Assembly (NCBI RefSeq): GCF_900186505.1
Contig: NZ_LT891969.1
Location: 74,323-106,322, forward strand
Direction of reading: 5' to 3'
DNA: 32,000 nt
DNA from: Enorma phocaeensis
Lineage (GTDB): Bacteria > Actinomycetota > Coriobacteriia > Coriobacteriales > Coriobacteriaceae
Both the position numbers and the translations under genes were made by a program. The notes under the pieces were generated by a model that had not been told where the DNA came from, did not search any database, and saw only the letters and a program-made list of their open reading frames with translations. Positions 1 through 6,469 of this stretch are shown here, piece after piece. Within the stretch, counting starts at the first letter, position 1. Each line of letters begins with the position of its first letter.

Positions 1-1
1 G

Positions 2-853
2 AACATCATCGATGCGGCGACTAAGCGCCAGAAGGACCGCGTGGGCGGCCAGACCTCGTTCTTCGACCTGTTCGGTGACATCGAGGGGTCGGGCTTCGAG
101 GTGAGCGTGCCAGAGCCGGATGGTCAAGAATGGGACCGCCATATGAAGCTCTCCGCTGAACGCGACGTGCTTGGCATCTACGTCTCAGACCACCCGCTTC
201 GTCCCTTTGAGTACGCGCTCGGCAAAGCGCGCGAGTTCACCTTGAGCCAGATCGACACGGGAGTAGAGCAGACGGTTCCTGGCAGCGACACGACGGTGAA
301 CAAGCCCATTCCCGAGGGCAAAGCGTTCTGGTTCGCAGGAATGGTGGCCGAGGTTTCCAAGCGCGTGACCAAAAAGGGTGATCCTATGGCGATCGTGCGC
401 TTAGAGGACATGGAGGGCGAGGCCACCGTGGTCATGTTCCCCAAGGTCTACAAGGAATGCGAGAGCTTCCTTTATGGCGAGACCGATCCCGAGACCGGCG
501 CGGTGCTCGCGGATTCGTTCATCCGTGTCCATGGCAAGCTGGAGCGCAGCGACCGCGGCGATCAGATCATCGCGCAGGAGGTGCTGCCGCTCGAGCTCAA
601 CGAGGAGACTAATCGGCCCAAGGTGTTCGAGGTCATGATTCCCAGTTCGCGTTTCTCGCAGGGGAGCATGGCGCGCCTCGCGGCGATCTTAGCGAGCAAC
701 CCCGGCGGCGACCGCGTGGAGATCTTTGTGGAGCAGAGCGACGGCCAGACCATGCGCGCCGAGATCCCCGCGCGCGTGAACGCCCGCTCGATCCCGCTCA
801 TCGCCGAGACCAAGGCGATCGTCGGCGACCAGGGCCGCGTGGCCGTGGTGTAG
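2..853 (+). CDS. dnaE: DNA polymerase III alpha subunit, C-terminal fragment (5' end outside window)
   Basis: The frame is open from base 2. The GQTSFFDLFG motif followed by an OB-fold-like region (ERDVLGIYVSDHPL, AFWFAGMV...KKGDPMAIVRLEDMEG) is typical of the DnaE C-terminus. Confidence 0.85.
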   Translation, partial: NIIDAATKRQKDRVGGQTSFFDLFGDIEGSGFEVSVPEPDGQEWDRHMKLSAERDVLGIYVSDHPLRPFEYALGKAREFTLSQIDTGVEQTVPGSDTTVNKPIPEGKAFWFAGMVAEVSKRVTKKGDPMAIVRLEDMEGEATVVMFPKVYKECESFLYGETDPETGAVLADSFIRVHGKLERSDRGDQIIAQEVLPLELNEETNRPKVFEVMIPSSRFSQGSMARLAAILASNPGGDRVEIFVEQSDGQTMRAEIPARVNARSIPLIAETKAIVGDQGRVAVV

Positions 854-939
854 CGGCGAGGTATCGGGTGCAACACGAGCTGCGGCGACGCAGCGGTGAG
901 GCGCGCTGCGCACGTCAGGGATTGTCGAGAGGAAGGGTG

Positions 940-1743
940 ATGAGCGAGCGCTCCGAGCTTACATACGGTCCGGTCGAGGTTCTCGACGAGGTCGGTTCCA
1001 CCAATGCCGAGCTCATGAGCCGCGCATTGGCCGGCGCGCCACACGGAGCGGCACTCAGGGCCCGTGTGCAGACCGCCGGACGTGGCAGGCGCACCCATAA
1101 TTGGGCATCGCCTGAGGGCGGGCTTTACCTCTCCATCCTCATTAAGCCTTCGGTGCCCGATCGCGTGCTCCCCGGTTTACCGGTGGCATTTGCTTTGGGT
1201 GTGGTTCATGCGCTCGTTGGCATCGGATGCGCAGGCATCAAGCTCAAATGGCCAAACGACATCATTTGCACTCGTGGCAAGCTTGGCGGCATCCTTGTTG
1301 AGCTCAAGCACTCCATGGGCGAAGCGCTTGCAGTGTGCGGGCTGGGGCTCAACATCAGGGCGGTTCCTTTCGAGCCGAGCGACCCTTCCTCGCTTCCGGG
1401 GGCTGGTGTCGAGGATTGCTTGCCAGCAGGTAGCGTCGACTCCGCGCTGGACGACCTGGCTGTGGTGGTTCGCGATGCTGCGCTCGAAGCGGTCGATGCA
1501 TGGACTAGCGCGATGGATGCTGCAGGCGTGGATGCGGAGCCGCTCACCGGAATTAATGCCGAATATAACGAGCTTCTGGCTTACCGCGACGAGCACGTGC
1601 GCGTGAGCACGCCCGATGGCAGCATTTCCCTTGACGGCGTGCTGGTTGGTGTTGATACCTGGGGCCGCGCCCAAGTCAAGCTTGCAGATGGTGCCATTCA
1701 AGCCTACGATGCAGCGCTCGTGTCCATCCGTCCGGTCGTATAA
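940..1743 (+). CDS. birA: Biotin--[acetyl-CoA-carboxylase] ligase, class I (no N-terminal HTH)
   Basis: Carries the biotin protein ligase motifs GSTNAEL and QTAGRGRRTHNWASPEGGLYLSILIKP. The ATG at 940 is preceded by GAGGAAGG; the ORF-track start at 868 has no SD. Confidence 0.85.
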   Translation: MSERSELTYGPVEVLDEVGSTNAELMSRALAGAPHGAALRARVQTAGRGRRTHNWASPEGGLYLSILIKPSVPDRVLPGLPVAFALGVVHALVGIGCAGIKLKWPNDIICTRGKLGGILVELKHSMGEALAVCGLGLNIRAVPFEPSDPSSLPGAGVEDCLPAGSVDSALDDLAVVVRDAALEAVDAWTSAMDAAGVDAEPLTGINAEYNELLAYRDEHVRVSTPDGSISLDGVLVGVDTWGRAQVKLADGAIQAYDAALVSIRPVV

Positions 1744-1785
1744 CGGGCGGCGTTGTTTCCCAGCTGCTACCGTATGTTCGAAATA

Positions 1786-1867
1786 GACGAAACCTCTGTG
1801 CACTATCGGCGCACTTTCGCATCAACATAGGGCGAAAAGCGTGCCGCAAGCGCACAGAGGTTTCGTC
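1786..1867. repeat. Long hairpin / inverted repeat in the convergent birA-oadA spacer
   Basis: Perfect 16-nt arms, GACGAAACCTCTGTGC (1786-1801) and GCACAGAGGTTTCGTC (1852-1867). The inner arms (GGCGCACTTTCGC / GCGAAAAGCGTGCC) are partly complementary. There is no clear U-tract. Confidence 0.5.
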
Positions 1868-2030
1868 AAAGCTTATCGGAAGCGGTATCGGCGGCTGCGG
1901 CATCGCTGGCCCGGCAACCCTGGCACGGCTGCCAGCGCCGGCGCCGCCAACATTAGCGGCGCCGGCCCGATCGCAGGGAGTGCCGGCGCCGGCAGCTCCG
2001 CTGCCCGCCCGGCGCCGCCGGGACGCGGCG

Positions 2031-3425
2031 CTACGCCACGTCGATGGAGACCTCGACCTCCTGCACGGGGACGTCGTAGAACGGGTCCTCGCGCCGGCCG
2101 AGGAAGTCGCGCGCCTGGTCGGGGAAGAGGGCGTAGTCGAGCACGTCTTCCTCGGTCTTGGCATAGGCACAGATCTCCTCGCGTGCCTTAGGGAGCTCGG
2201 GCTCCAGCAGATCGGCCGGACGGCAGGTGATGACCTCGTCGTCACCGATGATCTTCTCGCGAATCTCCTGGGAGATTGCTACGGGTGGACGGCCGTACTT
2301 CCCATGTACGTAGTCCTTGATCTCTTTGGGAACGACCTTGTAGCGCTCGCCGGAAAGGACGTTCATGAGGGCCTGCGAGCCCACCATCTGCGAGAGCGGC
2401 GTCACGAGCGGCGGGTAGCCAAGGTCGGCGCGGACGCGCGGAACCTCGGCGAGGACCTCGTTGTAGCGGTCGCTCGCGCCCAAGTCGGCCAGGTTGCTGA
2501 TGAGGTTGGAGAGCATGCCGCCTGGCACCTTGTACAGCAGCGCCTTGGGCTCGACTTCCAGCACCTTGGGATTCAGGCCGCCGTCTTTAAGGAAGCGGTC
2601 CCGCACACCGGCGAAGTGCTTGGCGATTCGGTCGAGCTTATCTACGTCGAGCCCCGTGTCGTAGCCGAGGCCGTCGAGCGCGATGGCCATCGACTCGGTG
2701 CAGGGCTGGCTCGTGCCCTCGGCGAGCGGGGAGAGGCAGGTGTCGATGATGTCGGCGCCGGCCTCTACGGCCTTAAGGTAGGTCATCTGGCCGATGCCCG
2801 CAGTGCCGTGCGTGTGGACCTGCACGGGCAGGCTGATCGCGTTCTTGATCTCGCCCACGAGCTCGTAGGCGACCTCGGGGGTGAGCACGCCCGCCATGTC
2901 CTTGATGCAGATGCTGTCGGCGCCTGCGGCCGCCATCTCGCGGGCGAGGCCCACGAAGTAGGGGACGGTGTGCACGTCGCTCGTGGTGTAGCAGATGGCG
3001 GCCTGGACCTCGCCGCCGGCCTCCTTGGCCGCGCGGATCGAGGTCTGGAGGTTGCGCGTGTCGTTCAGGGCGTCGAAGATGCGCAGCACGTCGATGCCGT
3101 TCTCGACGGACCTCCTGACGAACTCCTCCACGACGTCGTCCGCGTAGTTGCGGTAGCCGAGCAGGTTCTGGCCGCGCAGCAGCATCTGGAGCTTCGCGTT
3201 CTTCACGTGGGCGCGGATGGTGCGCAGGCGCTCCCACGGGTCCTCGCCGAGGTAGCGCAGGCACGAGTCGAAGGTCGCGCCGCCCCACACCTCGAGGGCG
3301 TAGAGGCCGCAGCTGTCGAGGTCCTCGAGCACGGGCAGCATGTCCTCGATGGGCATGCGCGTGGCGATCTGGCTCTGCTGGCCGTCGCGCAGGATGGTTT
3401 CCATGAAGCGGATGGTGCGTCCCAT
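2031..3425 (-). CDS. oadA: Oxaloacetate decarboxylase alpha subunit / 5S-type carboxyltransferase (no fused biotinyl domain)
   Basis: The N-terminus FMETILRDGQQSQIATRM...LEVWGGATFD is an HMGL-like pyruvate carboxyltransferase fold, followed by the conserved carboxylase region. It is 464 aa and ends without a biotin domain. SD AAGGAG precedes the ATG at 3425. Confidence 0.85.
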   Translation of the reverse strand: MGRTIRFMETILRDGQQSQIATRMPIEDMLPVLEDLDSCGLYALEVWGGATFDSCLRYLGEDPWERLRTIRAHVKNAKLQMLLRGQNLLGYRNYADDVVEEFVRRSVENGIDVLRIFDALNDTRNLQTSIRAAKEAGGEVQAAICYTTSDVHTVPYFVGLAREMAAAGADSICIKDMAGVLTPEVAYELVGEIKNAISLPVQVHTHGTAGIGQMTYLKAVEAGADIIDTCLSPLAEGTSQPCTESMAIALDGLGYDTGLDVDKLDRIAKHFAGVRDRFLKDGGLNPKVLEVEPKALLYKVPGGMLSNLISNLADLGASDRYNEVLAEVPRVRADLGYPPLVTPLSQMVGSQALMNVLSGERYKVVPKEIKDYVHGKYGRPPVAISQEIREKIIGDDEVITCRPADLLEPELPKAREEICAYAKTEEDVLDYALFPDQARDFLGRREDPFYDVPVQEVEVSIDVA

Positions 3426-3449
3426 AGGGTTCTCCTTTCGCGCTTCGCT

Positions 3450-3581
3450 CTATTCGTCTTTGCCCGGGCTGAAGATCTTCGACAGCGCGAGCGAGACGAG
3501 GTAGATGACGATCATGACGACGAAGATGCCGCCCCAGCCCACGCCGAGGAGCTCGAAGGCGGTCATGAGGTTCTCAGTCAT
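3450..3581 (-). CDS. Small single-TM subunit, OadG-like (43 aa; not in the supplied ORF track)
   Basis: My own translation is MTENLMTAFELLGVGWGGIFVVMIVIYLVSLALSKIFSPGKDE. SD GGAGG lies 7 nt upstream of the ATG at 3581. The ORF fits exactly between the oadB stop (3594-3596) and the oadA start (3425). One hydrophobic helix, as in OadG/MmdD N-termini. Confidence 0.6.
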   Translation of the reverse strand: MTENLMTAFELLGVGWGGIFVVMIVIYLVSLALSKIFSPGKDE

Positions 3582-3593
3582 ATGCGAGCCTCC

Positions 3594-4721
3594 CTACATA
3601 AGAAGTCCGAGCACGAGGCCGCCGGCCACGACCGACGCGATCTGCCCGGCGACGTTGGCGGCGCTGGCCTGCATGAGGACGAAGTTCTGCGGGTCGGCCT
3701 CGGTGGCGAGCCTCTGGACCACGCGCGAGCTCATGGGGAAGGCCGAGATACCGGCCGCGCCCACCATGGGGTTGATCTTCTCCCTGCGGAAGAGGTTGAG
3801 GAGCTTCGCGAACATGACGCCGCCCACGGTGTCCATCACGAAGCCCACGAGGCCGAGCCCCATGACGACGAGGGTGTCGACCTGCAGGAAGTCGTGATAC
3901 TCCATCTTCACGGACACGCAGAGGCCCAAGAGGATCGAGATGAGGTTCACGAGCTCGTTCTGCGCCGACTTGGAGAGCGAGTCGAGCACGCCGCACTCGC
4001 GCAGCAGGTTGCCGAACATGAGGAAGCCCACGAGCGGGAGCGACGCCGGCGCGATGAGGCCGGCGATGGCGCAGATGATGATCGGGAAGAGGACCTTCGA
4101 GGTTTTCGAGACCGCGCGCGGGTTGTAGGCCATGCGGATCCGGCGCTCCTTCTTGCTCGTGCAGAGCTTGATGGCGAACGGCTGGATGATGGGCACGAGC
4201 GCCATGTAGGAGTACGCGGCGACCATGATGGCGCCCATGTACCTGGAGCCGAGGCTGTTCGCCACGAAGATCGAGGTGGGGCCGTCCGCCGCCGCGATGA
4301 TGCCCGTCGAGGCGGCGTCGGCGACGTCGAAGCCGAGGAGCGTCGCCACGATGATGACGAAGAAGATGCCGAACTGCGCCGCGGCGCCGAAGATCAGCAG
4401 GAACGGGCTCGAGAGCAGGGGGCCGAAGTCGATCATGGCGCCGATGCCGATGAACAGCAGCAGCGGGAAGAGCTCCGTCTCGATGCCCATGTCGAACAGG
4501 ATCTGGAACGGGCCGGTCTCGCCGATCACGCCCGAGAACGGGATGTTCACGAGGATGGTGCCGAGGCCCATGGGCACGAGCAGCGTGGGCTCGTACTCCT
4601 TCTTGATGCCGAGGTACATGAGGATGCAGCCGATGAGCATCATGACGATGCGGCCGGGCTCGGCCGCAAGCGCCACAACCCCGGCGGTGAGCACGTCGGC
4701 TGCCGTGGTTAGGATCTCCAA
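3594..4721 (-). CDS. oadB: Na+-translocating decarboxylase beta subunit
   Basis: Polytopic membrane protein with OadB/GcdB/MmdB-like sequence (YEPTLLVPMGLGTILVNIP, GAMIDFGPLL, AAADGPTSIF, NPMVGAAGISAFPMSSRV). The likely start is TTG at 4721, behind GAGGAGAG; the ORF-track start at 4772 adds an Arg-rich leader with no SD. Confidence 0.9.
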   Translation of the reverse strand: MEILTTAADVLTAGVVALAAEPGRIVMMLIGCILMYLGIKKEYEPTLLVPMGLGTILVNIPFSGVIGETGPFQILFDMGIETELFPLLLFIGIGAMIDFGPLLSSPFLLIFGAAAQFGIFFVIIVATLLGFDVADAASTGIIAAADGPTSIFVANSLGSRYMGAIMVAAYSYMALVPIIQPFAIKLCTSKKERRIRMAYNPRAVSKTSKVLFPIIICAIAGLIAPASLPLVGFLMFGNLLRECGVLDSLSKSAQNELVNLISILLGLCVSVKMEYHDFLQVDTLVVMGLGLVGFVMDTVGGVMFAKLLNLFRREKINPMVGAAGISAFPMSSRVVQRLATEADPQNFVLMQASAANVAGQIASVVAGGLVLGLLM

Positions 4722-4835
4722 AAGTCTCTCCTCTATCGAGGTGCGGCGGGGCGACAGGCCCCCGCGCCGCATGGTGCGTCTTGCGGAATGGCTACGCGTC
4801 GGGGCGGCCTGTCAGCTCCGCCGCGCGCCTGCGTG

Positions 4836-5211
4836 CTAGGCGATGGAGAACAGCTCGTCGCCGGGGTTCACCATGTCGCCCTTGGCGACGGCGACGGAGG
4901 CGACGGTGCCGGCCACCTCGGCCACGACCTCGTTCTCCATCTTCATGGCCTCGAGCACCATGACGGGCTGGTTCACCTCGACCCTGTCGCCGACGGCGAC
5001 GTGGATGTCGACGATCTTGCCGGGCATGGCGGCCGCCTGGACGTGGGCGCCGGCCGGCGCGCTCGGGGCCGCCGGGGCGGGCGCGGGCTCGGGCTCGGGC
5101 GCCGGGGGTCCGGGCGGCCGCGACGGGCGCGGGGCCCGCGGGGGCGCCGACCTCCTCCATCTCCACGAGGTACTGGGTCCCGTCGATCGAGATCTTGAAC
5201 TTACGCAGCAT
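4836..5211 (-). pseudogene. Biotin carboxyl carrier subunit (MmdC/GcdC-like) interrupted by an apparent +1 frameshift in the Ala/Pro linker
   Basis: The frame from ATG 5211 (SD GGAGGAG) gives MLRKFKISIDGTQYLVEMEEVGAPAGPAPVAAA, then runs into Arg-rich nonsense. The +1 frame gives PGPPAPEPEPAPAPAAPSAPAGAHVQAAAMPGKIVDIHVAVGDRVEVNQPVMVLEAMKMENEV...FSIA, which is a complete biotinyl domain with the EAMKM motif. The shift lies in the GC-rich tract around 5100-5125. Confidence 0.7.
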
Positions 5212-5575
5212 GGTTCTCCTCCGTAACCTTCTGTTTATAGATGTGCTTCACGGTAAAAGAGCTCTTTTCCAGAGCTCCCGCGGCAAGTGCCGTTGCTATG
5301 GCGGCAACACGCCGATGCTCGGGGTTCGCCGCGAGCACCCGCTTTACCACGAGCTTGCTTTCTGCGTTGGCCCCCGCTGCGATCGCCGAGGCAATAATGC
5401 AGGCTTCTAGGTGCTCGCGCGGATCAGCCTCCAGATAGGGAGGCACCTCATCCCATTCGTTCATCGGGCATCCAGGTGCGACCTCGGCGCGCTCAGGCGT
5501 CGCTGCGGTTTTCGTCGCCTCGCACTGAGAGGCGGGATGCGAGAACCGCTCGCTCAGCCAAGAGAAAAATCCCAT
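5201..5575 (-). CDS. Soluble 124-aa protein, first cistron of the decarboxylase operon, with duplicated OadG-C-terminal-like motif
   Basis: The ATG at 5575 is preceded by AAAGGACGG. The ORF overlaps the carrier-gene start by 11 nt. It has two copies of an A-I-A-x-A-[IL]-A-A-G-A ... [VF]-[VT]-V-K-[RH]-[VI] motif (ACIIASAIAAGANAESKLVVKRV and VAAIATALAAGALEKSSFTVKHI) and no TM segment. Confidence 0.55.
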   Translation of the reverse strand: MGFFSWLSERFSHPASQCEATKTAATPERAEVAPGCPMNEWDEVPPYLEADPREHLEACIIASAIAAGANAESKLVVKRVLAANPEHRRVAAIATALAAGALEKSSFTVKHIYKQKVTEENHAA

Positions 5576-5978
5576 ATGACCGTCCTTTCTAGCACGCCGC
5601 CAAGCCAGCTCTCACGTGCGGCGTGCGCGCATGTGTAGATATTGTATAGGCACTGCAAACAAATGGCGGGAATGATGCCGGGTTAATCGGTGGCCGGGTC
5701 GTGGGCGCACTTTCGTTTCCCCTGTGTTGCTCCAAAAACCTCGGAGCTTGGTCTATAAGCTTCATTCGGCGAACGGTAGAGGATGGTCACCGAATGGAGA
5801 GCTTTTCGGTGAACGGTTGCTTCCGTGCATCGTAACGGCACCGTATCAAGTACCGCTTTAGCTCCCGCATGCTCCGCGTGGAGGTATGTGGACTCGGTGG
5901 CTATGACTAGCTGCCATGCCCGCCGGGCATAATGGCAGGGACTCAAAAGCGCCGCAGCATATTCGTTGGAGGTATGAC

Positions 5979-6338
5979 ATGGCAACGTTTTTCAAGAATG
6001 CCGATGGCAAGATCCTGGCGGCACTCGATGCCGTTTCCGCGCCCGAGGGTTATGAGGCACTTGAGGCGAACACCACCGACGCCGCGACCGAGAAGCACGT
6101 TCCGGTAATCGAGGCTCAGCGCGATGGGCACGTTCTGTGCGTCACGGTTGGTGAGGTCGAACACCCCATGGAGGAGAAACATTACATAGAGTGGATCGCC
6201 CTCGAAGCGGATGATCGCTTGGAGATTCATCGCCTGAAGCCGGGCCAGACTCCGCGCGTGTTTTTTCCCGCGGGCCCCAAGAACGGGACGGTGTACGCCT
6301 GGTGCAACCTGCATGGTCTGTGGAAGGCGGACTTCTAA
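5979..6338 (+). CDS. Superoxide reductase (desulfoferrodoxin family, centre-II only)
   Basis: Carries the SOR iron-ligand motifs EKHVPVIE, HPMEEKHYIEWI and CNLHGLW. The ATG at 5979 sits 6 nt after GGAGG. The N-terminal 35 aa align to the desulforedoxin domain but contain no Cys. Confidence 0.85.
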   Translation: MATFFKNADGKILAALDAVSAPEGYEALEANTTDAATEKHVPVIEAQRDGHVLCVTVGEVEHPMEEKHYIEWIALEADDRLEIHRLKPGQTPRVFFPAGPKNGTVYAWCNLHGLWKADF

Positions 6339-6366
6339 TCCATCGGTCGCGCATAGCATCGAGTTC

Positions 6367-6393
6367 GGGGCCGTCGATTGACGGCCCCTTTTT
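6367..6393 (+). terminator. Rho-independent terminator after the SOR gene
   Basis: GGGGCCGT (6367-6374), a 6-nt loop, ACGGCCCC (6381-6388), then TTTTT. Confidence 0.7.
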
Positions 6394-6469
6394 CGCACAC
6401 AAAGCGCTGTGCGGCACGTACACTGGTAGATAGTTCGCTGCCTCTGCAATCGGGGAGGGAAGGCATTTC

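Noticed and set aside
1868-2030. GC-rich tract full of GGCGCC / GCCGGCGCC units just downstream of the oadA stop. One minus-strand frame reads as an Ala/Pro/Leu-rich string reminiscent of an OadA linker relic.
   Set aside because: Any frame of such GC-rich DNA gives Ala/Pro/Gly/Arg strings. No biotinyl-domain remnant (no EAMKM-like sequence) follows, and the frame is not continuous with oadA. The evidence is insufficient.
1980-4712. The longest ORF in the window (910 aa, plus strand)
   Set aside because: It runs antisense to three well-supported minus-strand genes (oadA, the small OadG-like ORF and oadB). Its composition (long runs of D/E/H/R/A/G/V/L, no motifs, no SD) is the usual shadow-frame artefact of high-GC coding DNA.
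5030-5140. Programmed ribosomal frameshifting as the explanation for the split biotin-carrier gene
   Set aside because: I saw no slippery heptamer, stimulatory hairpin or conserved shift site. The shift lies in a GC-rich, low-complexity linker where single-base indels or assembly errors are common. I treat it as an indel until orthologues show otherwise.
5683-5985. 100-aa minus-strand ORF in the decarboxylase / SOR intergenic region
   Set aside because: It has no SD and atypical composition. It overlaps the SOR start and the repeat and palindrome elements of a divergent promoter region, so it is most likely non-coding.
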